In this document: in pieces, positions 25,404 to 34,363 of the stretch
How the letters are laid out: each line of letters opens with the position of its first letter
Position numbering within the stretch: the stretch's first letter is position 1
Translations under genes and position numbers: made by a program
From: Acidobacteriota bacterium
GTDB lineage: Bacteria > Acidobacteriota > Blastocatellia > HR10 > J050
Direction of reading: 5' to 3'
Assembly: GCA_003696865.1 (NCBI GenBank)
Contig: RFHM01000075.1
Span: 1-41,703, forward strand
DNA: 41,703 nucleotides
The notes under the pieces: model-generated
Databases searched by the model: none
The model's input: the letters and a program-made list of their open reading frames with translations, nothing else
Told to the model about the DNA's origin: nothing

Positions 25404-26339
25404 TCACTTGTATCGCCGTCTCACATAATAGCCCTTCTTGAATCGAACCTGTTGCACGGCATGGGGGGCGAGGCCTACGACGTCGACTTGGATGGTTCTC
25501 CATTCCCCCTCTCGAAGCGGCTTCGGTGGATAATACGCCAAGGTGTACTGTCGATGTAGTTCGACCGAGATGCGCATGCAGGCCTGGCGAATAGCTGGCG
25601 GCGTGAAGGCGTAGAAGAGCTTCCCGCCGGTGATCTCCGATAAGTCGCCTATTTGGGCGGCGGCCAATGACAAGCCGATGATATAGATGGGCACGCCTCG
25701 CTCTCTGGCGAGGGTTTGAAGCTGTGGATACGTGATCGTGCTCCTGTTATCCATCCCATCGGTGACGACGATGAGGGCTTTCTTTCGGTATCGTCCGTGG
25801 ATCACGTATGTCAATCCTTTCCCGATACCATCATAGAGCGCCGTCGGCCCGGAGGCGGTGAGCTTCTCCACCGATCGCATCAATGACGCTCCTTGAGTCG
25901 TGAATGGAGAGATTCGCTCGACCTTGTTGTTGAACGCCATGAGGAAGATTTCGTCTTCTTTCGTCCCGGCCTCCACTATGGCCGTGACGGCGGCACGAAC
26001 ATCGTCGAGCATGCCCATCATGCTCGTGCTGCGATCCAGCACCAATCCGATACTCGCTGGATGATCGCTGGTGTCGAAAAAGACGATCTCTTGAGGAACG
26101 TGATCCTCATACACGTGGAAGTTCTCCTTCTTCAGGCCGATGACGGGCCGGCCCTGAGCATCTGTGACGGTGACATCCACGACGACCAGCTCGCTGTCCA
26201 GACTGATGATCGGTTGGCGCTGGGATCGATCACCGACGTCGGTTTCTCCTGGCCGATCGCTCGATAGGACCATGATGGCGAGTGCCATGGCTCCGAGGGC
26301 GCTACGGAGATGATGAGTGGGGATACGTCTCACGGTCAT
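25404..26339 (-). CDS. Secreted VWA domain protein of the VWFA-related Acidobacterial type
   Basis: SELVVVDVTVTDAQGRPVIGLKKENFHVYEDHVPQEIVFF followed by the MIDAS-like LVLDRSTSM and VVTDGMDNRS. This domain order matches my memory of TIGR03436-type proteins. Confidence 0.75.
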   Translation of the reverse strand: MTVRRIPTHHLRSALGAMALAIMVLSSDRPGETDVGDRSQRQPIISLDSELVVVDVTVTDAQGRPVIGLKKENFHVYEDHVPQEIVFFDTSDHPASIGLVLDRSTSMMGMLDDVRAAVTAIVEAGTKEDEIFLMAFNNKVERISPFTTQGASLMRSVEKLTASGPTALYDGIGKGLTYVIHGRYRKKALIVVTDGMDNRSTITYPQLQTLARERGVPIYIIGLSLAAAQIGDLSEITGGKLFYAFTPPAIRQACMRISVELHRQYTLAYYPPKPLREGEWRTIQVDVVGLAPHAVQQVRFKKGYYVRRRYK

Positions 26340-27417
26340 CCCTATCGAACATGTTGCACATGATTGGTCGGTATGGCGGCGTGATCGTCATCGTCGGGGT
26401 CACTGGGGTCGCCGGACTGCACGCGGTGGTCTTCGAACAAGGCGGTGAAGTCCTGTTGAATTTCTCACTGATGGCGAACATTCTCTCCGTCTGGTCGAAA
26501 ATGCAGCCCACGGCTTGAGCCGATGCTTGATCGAAAGCGTTGTGCTGGCATAGATATTTGGCGCTGGCTCGAATGCGCTCGATGGGTCGTTTCAATTCTC
26601 GATTCAAGTACACGGCGACCAGACCCAATGAGGCCAACCGCTCGGCTCTCATCAGTCGACCAATGGCACGCTCTAAGTTTCGCCCCAGTCTGTTATAGGC
26701 TTTGGTCAGTTGCCCGATTTCATCCTCAGTTTTGATTGGGAGATCACCTTTCCAGTCGCCGCGCTCCATCTGTTTCATGCTGGCGAGGAGACGCTCGATC
26801 GGTCGCAACACGGACCGGGAGAGGACGGCGTTGATGGCCAGCATCATCGCCAGAGCGGTGACCAGAAGATGAAATGAATGAGTGATCAGGGAGGCCCTCA
26901 CTGTCGTGCCGATGTCAGTCAATGGACTGGCGATGAGGATGGTCAACAATTGGCTCCGCTCGGATTCCACCGTGCCGGAGACGAGGGCGGGGAATGTCAC
27001 GACCATCTCCGAGGTACCCCGAACGAAGATCTGAGCGGGGGGCTCGCTCGGGAACGCCGCGTAATCTGTCCATGCCGATTCATCCTTCAGGGGCATGCCG
27101 AGAAGCAAGGGATCGGTCGCCGCAACGACGCGGGATTGCGCATCGAGGATGAGAGCGCGGTAATGTTCTCTGTTCGTTTGATTGAGAGCGCGCTCGTAGT
27201 TGGTGAGGAGTTCCACCCGGTTCTGGATCTCGACGTGTCGGATCGTCCAGGCGAGGTGCCGGGCTAGTGTCTCCAGATGGTGCGCCCTTTCCAGCATCAG
27301 GGATCGCCGCTCGTGATAGAGATCAAGACCCACAAAGGCGCTCATCGTCACCACCAGAATAGCGCCGAAGAGGAGGTTCAGCTTCCATCGCAATCCTAAT
27401 GCCAGGCGGAATTTCAT
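26302..27417 (-). CDS. Membrane sensor-like protein: periplasmic domain, HAMP and a degenerate DHp; no phospho-acceptor His and no ATPase domain
   Basis: Two TM segments flank a roughly 150-aa loop. HAMP is RPIERLLASMKQMERGDWKGDLPIKTEDEIGQLTKAYNRL. The H-box-like AERLASLGLVAVYLNRELKRPI has N where His is expected. The ORF ends 38 nt inside the VWA gene, leaving no room for a HATPase_c domain. Confidence 0.65.
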   Translation of the reverse strand: MKFRLALGLRWKLNLLFGAILVVTMSAFVGLDLYHERRSLMLERAHHLETLARHLAWTIRHVEIQNRVELLTNYERALNQTNREHYRALILDAQSRVVAATDPLLLGMPLKDESAWTDYAAFPSEPPAQIFVRGTSEMVVTFPALVSGTVESERSQLLTILIASPLTDIGTTVRASLITHSFHLLVTALAMMLAINAVLSRSVLRPIERLLASMKQMERGDWKGDLPIKTEDEIGQLTKAYNRLGRNLERAIGRLMRAERLASLGLVAVYLNRELKRPIERIRASAKYLCQHNAFDQASAQAVGCIFDQTERMFAISEKFNRTSPPCSKTTACSPATPVTPTMTITPPYRPIMCNMFDRDDRETYPHSSSP

Positions 27418-27443
27418 GGGTCACCGTCCCCGATCCATCGATT

Positions 27444-28244
27444 TCATCTCCGGGATACCCGTCTCCTGGTGGAGAGGCGAACCACCCCACTGGTCGGCGT
27501 CGCCCGGACGGGTTGTTCCGGCTCATAGGGGTAATATTTCGTCCGATTGACGCGGACCCAGAGATAATCGTAGATCGGATCGTCCAACCGTTCCTTGAGT
27601 TCGAAATGGAACACGCGGTCCGGCCCTCCCACCTGGTGTTCATATGTGGCCACTTCGAATTGGTAGGGTCCCAACCGACCGATTTGCTGAATATCCTGGT
27701 AGCGCCAATATCGGGTGTGCTTGGGATTTTGTGATGCGAAGACGAGAGCATCGGGATACACTTTCAGCACTCCTTCACAACCTCCGCGGCGATGGCGATG
27801 TTTCGCCGGGATGACGAATGTTGGCTGGCGCTCGATGGTCGGCAGCACGCTGAGGACCAAGGGTCGCGTGACGCGCCTCAGTAGAAAATCGCTCACCGCT
27901 GCCGTGATGTCCTCGTCTCTCAGCTTGAATTCGAACCGACGATTCGCACTCCACAGTTTCCCTCGACTCTCGTAAGTGACGATGTGAATGATACGAGGCG
28001 AGCGGATTTCAATGCGCTTGATATCCGTGTAACGCCAGATGCGCTCATGTTTTCGGTGAGGAGTGCGGTACTGGATCGTCTCCGGGCCGATGACCAGCGT
28101 TCCTCGACAATGGCCGAGCCGATGATCGTGCTCGACATGGAATTCGAAGGGCTGAGCCCGTACCGATCCGGCGAGAATGAGCGCCATTGTGCCCATGAGC
28201 AAGCTCATGATGAGGACCTTCGTTTTCATCCTTGTGATCGTCAT
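27444..28244 (-). CDS. Secreted protein made of two tandem homologous ~105-aa domains (family unassigned)
   Basis: Signal peptide MKTKVLIMSLLMGTMALILAGSVRAQ. The halves share H-x-H-R-x-G-x-C-x-G-x-L, WRY-x-DI and TYE motifs. ATGA start/stop overlap with the upstream transglycosylase gene. Confidence 0.6.
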   Translation of the reverse strand: MTITRMKTKVLIMSLLMGTMALILAGSVRAQPFEFHVEHDHRLGHCRGTLVIGPETIQYRTPHRKHERIWRYTDIKRIEIRSPRIIHIVTYESRGKLWSANRRFEFKLRDEDITAAVSDFLLRRVTRPLVLSVLPTIERQPTFVIPAKHRHRRGGCEGVLKVYPDALVFASQNPKHTRYWRYQDIQQIGRLGPYQFEVATYEHQVGGPDRVFHFELKERLDDPIYDYLWVRVNRTKYYPYEPEQPVRATPTSGVVRLSTRRRVSRR

Positions 28245-29353
28245 CTCCGTTCGTCCCTCCCAGAATGAAGATCGGTCGGCGCGCGGTCCGTTCGAGGGGC
28301 ATCGTCTCGATGTCGGCGCCCGGTGACCACCTCTCTGCGATCGACATCGACTGCCGCGAATCCATATGCGCGCGGGCGCTTCAAGATACGAATGGCCGCC
28401 AGGACGCGGGGGACGTAGTCGATGGTCTCCGGTGGCAGCGCCTGGCGTCGCGCCAATTCCCAGAAGTCTCGAGTACCCGCAGCGCGAATCGCTCGCTCGA
28501 CGCGCCCTTCCCCGGCGTTATAGGCCGCCAGCGCCAAGAGCCAGTCTCCCCATCGTCGATGAAGATCCCGCAGATACCGTGCTGCCGCTCGCGTCGAGGC
28601 CGTCAACTCCTCCCGTCGATCTCCCCGGCCTCGATGGATGAGCCCGTAGCGACGAGCGGTCAGTTCGACGAATTGCCAGATGCCTTTGGCTCCTGCTCGA
28701 GACTCGGCTTGAGGATCATATGCACTTTCCACCAGTCCCACGGCGATGAATTCCGCGGGTATCCCCTCTTGGCGAAGGATACGCTCCATCACGCGACGTA
28801 TGGGTTGCAACCGGATGAATGCCCGTTGGACCAGTTCCCGATAGCGCGTCTGAAATTGAATCAATGCGGCGTTGATTCGCCATTCCGCTTCCTTCGCCCC
28901 AACAGGAGATCCAGCTCCATGGTCGAATGCCCACGGCCTGGCTGCCGTCTCCGGACGAGGAGTCCATGCCGCCAGCCGCGCTTCCAGTTGATGAGCGAAA
29001 CGCTGTAACATCGGCTCATCTCGAAGGGCGGGACGAGCCTCTTCCAGGATCGCTCGGGCTCGTTCCAATTGAAGGTGCGCATCCGCTCGCCGACCGGCTT
29101 GGATGAGCACTTCGGCCCGATGATAGAACGAGCTCGCTCGGATGACGAGGTCGGCGGCTTCCGCCGCTCGATCCAGCCGCGCGCCAAGCCGATGATGCCA
29201 TTGTTCGATCGTTCTCGGGGGCGGTCCGGACCCTGCTCCCGAAGAGGAGGGGGGTTCACCTTTTGGAAGGGCTGTCTGGGTGGGTGAAGTTGAGAAAGCA
29301 GGGGCGGCAGCCATCCCGAGAACGATCAAAGCCGTCAGCATGGAGAAGACCAT
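28241..29353 (-). CDS. Lytic transglycosylase (SLT domain, MltD-like family 1)
   Basis: GLVESAYDPQAESRAGAKGIWQFVELTARRYGL ... AYNAGEGRV are the catalytic Glu-Ser and SLT motifs. Start at 29353 after GGAGAAACGAA, with signal peptide MVFSMLTALIVLGMAAAPAFS. Confidence 0.8.
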   Translation of the reverse strand: MVFSMLTALIVLGMAAAPAFSTSPTQTALPKGEPPSSSGAGSGPPPRTIEQWHHRLGARLDRAAEAADLVIRASSFYHRAEVLIQAGRRADAHLQLERARAILEEARPALRDEPMLQRFAHQLEARLAAWTPRPETAARPWAFDHGAGSPVGAKEAEWRINAALIQFQTRYRELVQRAFIRLQPIRRVMERILRQEGIPAEFIAVGLVESAYDPQAESRAGAKGIWQFVELTARRYGLIHRGRGDRREELTASTRAAARYLRDLHRRWGDWLLALAAYNAGEGRVERAIRAAGTRDFWELARRQALPPETIDYVPRVLAAIRILKRPRAYGFAAVDVDRREVVTGRRHRDDAPRTDRAPTDLHSGRDERR

Positions 29354-29452
29354 TTCGTTTCTCCACGTGATACCCGCTCCCAGGCGCTTCCACCCTCTCT
29401 CGGCAACCTCACGACCTGGGATCACATTGTATCCGACTCCGTTCATCTTCCC

Positions 29453-29836
29453 TCATTTGGCGGCGGGTTCGATCTTCTTTATATAGATACCGGTCAGTCC
29501 ACCTCGGCTGAAGACCGTCCCGGTCACTTTCACGCGCTGGGCGATGAAGTTCATCAATTTGGCATTAGGGTTGGTATGATCGACTGGCATAGAGATGTAC
29601 ACCTTGCCCGTCTTCTCCTCCAGAATTCCCAGCGAGATACCTTGCTCGGCGCAGGCGCGAGCGCATGACGCATGTTCCGAGCCTCGCGACTCGTGGCTGA
29701 CGTAGCACACCGTGTCGATGACTTCGCCGATGAGCGTCACTTCTTTGGCCTTGGGTTCGTGAGGCTCGTGTCCCAGCGCCCAGGCGCCGGTCATCAAGAG
29801 GAAGAAGATGGTGATCAGGGAAAGCGTTTTCGCCAT
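29453..29836 (-). CDS. Small secreted Cys-containing protein, unknown function
   Basis: Signal peptide MAKTLSLITIFFLLMTGAWALG. Mature part has LIGEVIDTVCYVSHESRGSEHASCARACAEQG and a beta-rich C-terminus. RBS GGAGGATATC. Confidence 0.6.
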   Translation of the reverse strand: MAKTLSLITIFFLLMTGAWALGHEPHEPKAKEVTLIGEVIDTVCYVSHESRGSEHASCARACAEQGISLGILEEKTGKVYISMPVDHTNPNAKLMNFIAQRVKVTGTVFSRGGLTGIYIKKIEPAAK

Positions 29837-29872
29837 GATATCCTCCAGAAAGATGATGATGCCTTCCTCGAT

Positions 29873-30397
29873 TCAATGTTCTCCTGGAATCAGTTCAATA
29901 GCTCTCCAATCGCCGAGAATGATCGCCTGACGAATTTGGGCCGGCGTTTTCCCGCTTCGTGTCATGTGATCGGCAAGGAGGACCTCCTTGATACAGATCA
30001 GTCAGGTCGCTCCGTGATCCGACGCGTAACAATCCAGCAAGCTGCCGTGACCGAACTGATCACACCAGCAATAACAGGGTTGCTGGGCGAGGACCTCGGG
30101 GATGCGTTCGGCGATGGCGTAGGCTTGTGCCACCAGCGGATTGCGGAACCAGTTTGCAGGAAGCGTTCGTGGCAGAGGTCTGGCCGCCTCGACCGTCGGA
30201 TGAAAAGGAGGCACGCGCTCCGGTCTCTCTGGAGATATGGGTGTGGATTCCGATCGAACCGTCTGTGCCGGAGGCGCCGGTCGATCCTCGTGGCGCGTCC
30301 AATACAGGGTGATGGCCAGTCCGATTCCGATGGCGACCAGAACCAACCACCGCTCGGTCGTGAATCGAGGTCTCCTCGATTGTGTGTCTCGTTTCAT
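29873..30397 (-). CDS. PCYCGC/CYCXC-family membrane-anchored protein, predicted selenoprotein with in-frame UGA (Sec) at 30004-30002
   Basis: ATG at 30397 after AAGGAGGATACG. One TM segment (WLVLVAIGIGLAITLYW). QQPCYCWCDQFGHGSLLDCYASDHGAT-[TGA]-LICIKEVLLADHMTRSGKTPAQIRQAIILGDWRAIELIPGEH, then TGA at 29875-29873. A SECIS-like hairpin follows the first TGA. Confidence 0.6.
29967..30004 (-). promoter_or_regulatory. Bacterial SECIS-like stem-loop immediately 3' of the in-frame UGA
   Basis: RNA: UGA-C-UGAUC-UGUAUC-AAGGA-GGUCC-UCCUU-GCC-GAUCA. The upper stem is 5 bp (up to 7) with a GGUC-containing apical loop, starting 12 nt after the UGA. The lower stem is UGAUC/GAUCA. Confidence 0.5.
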
Positions 30398-30435
30398 CGT
30401 ATCCTCCTTCACATCGGTGCTCGCCCGTCAACTCC

Positions 30436-31020
30436 TCAGTGTTGATGCGGTTGGGCCTCTGGACCATGAGTATGCGTCTCGATTGCTTCGCCTTCTTTTC
30501 CGCGCTCGCGGCTCTCAAAGAGCTTCTCCATCTGTTCTCGTTCTTCGGAAGAGAGATGCGGCAGGCGGCGAATGAAGGCGACCAGTTCCCATATGGATTC
30601 CGGACGATCTTCATCACCCCACGCCGGCATGCCGGTGAAGCGGACGCCATTGGAAATGATGTAATACAGTTCGCCGTCGGTGAGTTGCTGTGTCCCTGCG
30701 CCGGTCAGGTTGGGCACTTTAGGATAAAGATTGCGACCGATGGGAGTATCTCCTCGGCCATCCGGTCCGTGACACACAGCACAATGGGCGATGAAATGGT
30801 CGCGGGCCGACCGCCACCGGGCGTCGGTGAACGGGTAGGGATTCGTCATCTTCTTGGCGCTCGCCGGGATGGCGAAATTCCGTAGTCGCCGCGCGATGGC
30901 CGCTTCCAGCCAGGACGGATTTTCTCGAGCGCTGAATCCGTGCCGGCGCATTTGAACGATCACGAGCGTCGCTCCGGCCAATGCGAGAGTGAGAACAATC
31001 ACGATGGCTTTCCGTTTCAT
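30436..31020 (-). CDS. Membrane-anchored monohaem c-type cytochrome with a His-rich C-terminal tail
   Basis: TM/signal segment AIVIVLTLALAGATLVIV. CAVCHGPDGRG (CxxCH) with a distal Met candidate in GVRFTGMPAWG. The tail is ETHTHGPEAQPHQH. Confidence 0.8.
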   Translation of the reverse strand: MKRKAIVIVLTLALAGATLVIVQMRRHGFSARENPSWLEAAIARRLRNFAIPASAKKMTNPYPFTDARWRSARDHFIAHCAVCHGPDGRGDTPIGRNLYPKVPNLTGAGTQQLTDGELYYIISNGVRFTGMPAWGDEDRPESIWELVAFIRRLPHLSSEEREQMEKLFESRERGKEGEAIETHTHGPEAQPHQH

Positions 31021-31032
31021 CGTCTTTCCTCG

Positions 31033-34000
31033 TCAATGCGCCGAGTCGCCCGGTATTTGGGCCTTGGCCTGTCGTCGCAACTGAAAGCCTCGCCACATGT
31101 CATAAATCACCGGGATGATGACCAGCGTCAGAATCGTCGATGTGACCATGCCACCGACCATGGGCGCGGCGATTCGTTTCATCACATCGGCGCCCGTGCC
31201 GTGACTCCACATGATGGGAAGCAGTCCGGCCATGATGGCCGTCACCGTCATCATCTTCGGTCGCACGCGCATCACGGCGCCGTGGATGACGGCGTCATAG
31301 AGATCGCGCCACGTCTTCATCTTCCCGGCGTGCAACCGTTCTTCGTACGCTTCGTCCAGGTAAACGATCATTACCACGCCGGTTTCCGCCGCCACGCCCG
31401 CCAGAGCGATGATGCCGACCCAGACGGCGACGCTCAAGTTGTAACCGAGCAGGTAGAGCAACCAGATGCCTCCCACCAACGCGAAGGGGACCGAGAGCAA
31501 CACGATCATCGTTTTGGTGACCGATTTGAAATTGAGATAGAGCAGCACGAAGATGATGAGAAGGGTCAATGGGATCACATAGAGCAACCGCTGCTTGGCC
31601 CGTTGCATATACTCATACTGTCCGCTCCAGACGAGATGATACCCCGGGGGCATGGGCACTTGCTCCTGGACGATGCGTCGCGCTTCCTCGACGTAGCTGC
31701 CCAGATCGCGGCCGGCGACATCGACGTAGACGTACCCGACCAGTTCTCCATCCTCGCTTTTGATCACCGGCGGCCCCATCGAGGGTCGGATATGCGCCAA
31801 TTGCGCTAAGGGAACTTGTGCTCCCGTTGGCGTGGCGACGAGTACGCGTTCCAGTTTTTGAGGCTCATCTCTCAACTCGCGCGCGTAGCGAACATTGATG
31901 GGGAACCGCTCGCGGCCCTCGACGGTCTGGGCGATGTTTTTTCCTCCGATGGCCGTTTCGATGATGTCTTCCACATCTCCTACGGTCAATCCATAGCGGG
32001 CAGCTTCATCGCGGTCGATCTGGAAATCGTAAAAATAACCGCCGACCACGCGCTCGGCGTAGATGTTACGCGTTCCCGGCACATCCTTGAGGACTTGCTC
32101 GATGTGTTGGCCGATCTGTTGAATGACCTGGAGGTCGGGGCCGAGGACTTTGATCCCGATGGGCGTGCGGATGCCGGTGGTGAGCATGTCGATGCGCCCT
32201 TTGATGGGCATGGTCCAGGAATTACTGATGCCCGGGAGGCGGAGCGCCTGGTCCATCTCATCGATGAGTTCCTCCGGCGTGAGCCGGCGCGTCTCCGGCC
32301 AGAACCAGCCGAGCGGTCGTTTCAGCCAATGAGGTGCCCAGGACGAATACCAGCGATCCTGTCGCACCGTGCGCCATTCGCTCTCCGGTTTGAGGATGAT
32401 GGTCGTTTCCATCATCTCCAGTGGCGCCGGATCGGTCGACGTGCGCGCGCGTCCAGCTTTACCGAACACCGAAGCCACTTCGGGGAACTGATTGATGATG
32501 CGGTCTTGCAATTGCAGAACCTGCTGGGCTTGGGTGATCGACATTCCCGGCAGTCCGGTGGGCATGTAAAGGAGCGAGCCTTCGTAGAGCGGTGGCATGA
32601 ACTCGCTGCCCAGCCTGGTGAACGCCGGGATGGTGGCCAGCAGGATCAATATGGCCAGAGCCAGCGTCGTCTTGCGGAACCGCAACACGGCGTGGACGAT
32701 GGGATTATAAACGCGGATGAGGAAGCGCGAGATGGGATTTTTATGTTCTGGGGCGATCTTGCCGCGAATCATCAGCACCATCAATACCGGCACCAGCGTC
32801 ACCGAGAGGATCGAGGCGAAGAACATGGCGAACGTCTTGGTATAAGCCAGCGGTTTGAACAATCGTCCCTCTTGCGCTTCCAGGGTGAATACCGGCATGA
32901 ACGATACGGTGATGATGAGGAGCGAGAAGAAGAGTGGTTTGCCCACCTCCTTGGCGGCGCGAATAATCACCTCCATTCGATCTCCGGTCCGGCCAGTGTG
33001 TTCCCAGTGCTCCAGGCGCTTGTGGGCGTTCTCGATCATCACGATGGCGGCGTCGACCATCGCTCCGATGGCAATGGCGATGCCGCCGAGCGACATGATG
33101 TTGGAGTTGATGTCCATGTAGTACATGGCCACCAGCGACATGAGGATGGCGATGGGGAGGGTGAGGATGGCCACCAGCGCGCTACGGAAGTGAAACAGAA
33201 AGAGGATGCAGACCAGGCTCACGATGAGACTCTCTTCGATGAGCTTCTCCTTGAGCGTATCGACGGCCCGCAAGATGAGCTCAGAACGATCATAGACGGG
33301 AATGAGTTCGACGCCTTCGGGAAGCGCTCTCTTGATCTCCTCGATCTTCTCTTTGACGCGTTCGATCACCTCCAAGGCGTTCTCGCCATAGCGGACGACG
33401 ACGATGCCGCCGACGACTTCTCCTTCGCCGTTGAGTTCGGCCACGCCCCGGCGAATATCCGGTCCCAGGTGAACCTTGGCCACGTCGCGAATGGTGATGG
33501 GCGTCCCTTGGCCATCGGTGCCTACGGGGATGCGTTCGATGTCGGAGACGCGTTTGATATAACCGAGGCCGCGAATCATGTATTCGCGTCCGGTGAATTC
33601 GACTACGCGACCGCCGACATCGTTATTGCTCCGACGAATGGCGCGAATGACTTGAGTGACCGGCAGGTTGTAGGCCAGTAATGTGTCGGGATCCAGCTCG
33701 ATCTGATATTGTTTGACGTAGCCGCCCACGCTGGCCACTTCCGATACGCCGGGGACGGCGGCCAACCAGTAACGCACGTACCAGTCCTGGATGGTTCGCA
33801 ATTGAGCCAGGTCATGACGTCCCGTCCGATCCACCAGCGCGTACTCGAAGGCCCAACCGACGCCGGTGGCATCCGGTCCCAGCGTCGGCGTCACGCCCTC
33901 GGGCAAGCTACCCGCAACGCTCTGCATGTATTCGAGCACGCGACTTCGCGCCCAGTAGATGTCCGTGCCGTCCTCGAAAATCACGTAGACGAATGAGAAA

Positions 34001-34266
34001 CCGAAGAACGAATATCCTCGCACGACCTTTGCCCGAGGTGCCGAGATCAAGCTGGTGACGATCGGATAGGTGACCTGATCTTCGACCAGATCCGGGCTTC
34101 GTCCCGGCCACTCGGTGAAAACGATCACCTGGACATCGGAGAGATCGGGGATGGCATCCAGCGGCGTATTCTTCATCGCCCACAATCCCCAGGCGATGGC
34201 GAAGAAAGTGAGCAAGAAAACGAGGAATTTATTCTTCGCGCTCCACTCGATGAGTTTCTCAATCAT
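31033..34266 (-). CDS. cusA: Cu(I)/Ag(I) efflux RND transporter permease CusA (HME-RND)
   Basis: Collinear with E. coli CusA from memory: MIE..., DAIPDLSDVQVIV, VYVIFEDGTDIYWARSRVLEY, GGIAIAIGAMVDAAIVMIENAHKRLEHWE. The three-Met Cu site contexts are kept (LLYMPTG, APLEMMETT, GRIDMLTTG). Confidence 0.92.
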   Translation of the reverse strand: MIEKLIEWSAKNKFLVFLLTFFAIAWGLWAMKNTPLDAIPDLSDVQVIVFTEWPGRSPDLVEDQVTYPIVTSLISAPRAKVVRGYSFFGFSFVYVIFEDGTDIYWARSRVLEYMQSVAGSLPEGVTPTLGPDATGVGWAFEYALVDRTGRHDLAQLRTIQDWYVRYWLAAVPGVSEVASVGGYVKQYQIELDPDTLLAYNLPVTQVIRAIRRSNNDVGGRVVEFTGREYMIRGLGYIKRVSDIERIPVGTDGQGTPITIRDVAKVHLGPDIRRGVAELNGEGEVVGGIVVVRYGENALEVIERVKEKIEEIKRALPEGVELIPVYDRSELILRAVDTLKEKLIEESLIVSLVCILFLFHFRSALVAILTLPIAILMSLVAMYYMDINSNIMSLGGIAIAIGAMVDAAIVMIENAHKRLEHWEHTGRTGDRMEVIIRAAKEVGKPLFFSLLIITVSFMPVFTLEAQEGRLFKPLAYTKTFAMFFASILSVTLVPVLMVLMIRGKIAPEHKNPISRFLIRVYNPIVHAVLRFRKTTLALAILILLATIPAFTRLGSEFMPPLYEGSLLYMPTGLPGMSITQAQQVLQLQDRIINQFPEVASVFGKAGRARTSTDPAPLEMMETTIILKPESEWRTVRQDRWYSSWAPHWLKRPLGWFWPETRRLTPEELIDEMDQALRLPGISNSWTMPIKGRIDMLTTGIRTPIGIKVLGPDLQVIQQIGQHIEQVLKDVPGTRNIYAERVVGGYFYDFQIDRDEAARYGLTVGDVEDIIETAIGGKNIAQTVEGRERFPINVRYARELRDEPQKLERVLVATPTGAQVPLAQLAHIRPSMGPPVIKSEDGELVGYVYVDVAGRDLGSYVEEARRIVQEQVPMPPGYHLVWSGQYEYMQRAKQRLLYVIPLTLLIIFVLLYLNFKSVTKTMIVLLSVPFALVGGIWLLYLLGYNLSVAVWVGIIALAGVAAETGVVMIVYLDEAYEERLHAGKMKTWRDLYDAVIHGAVMRVRPKMMTVTAIMAGLLPIMWSHGTGADVMKRIAAPMVGGMVTSTILTLVIIPVIYDMWRGFQLRRQAKAQIPGDSAH

Positions 34267-34363
34267 AGCGTTCCCTCTCTCCGCTCATTTCCATTGGTTC
34301 CATCCATCATGGAGGTTCTTTCGGACGAGTCCATGCCCGGCGCATTCCATGAACTCGATTCCT

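Noticed and set aside
34285-34350. 21-aa ORF (MECAGHGLVRKNLHDGWNQWK) with an AAGGAA RBS in the 97-nt gap between cusB and cusA
   Set aside because: It is too short and has no recognisable family, and it is not CusF-like. It could be chance, and only ribosome profiling or conservation could support it.
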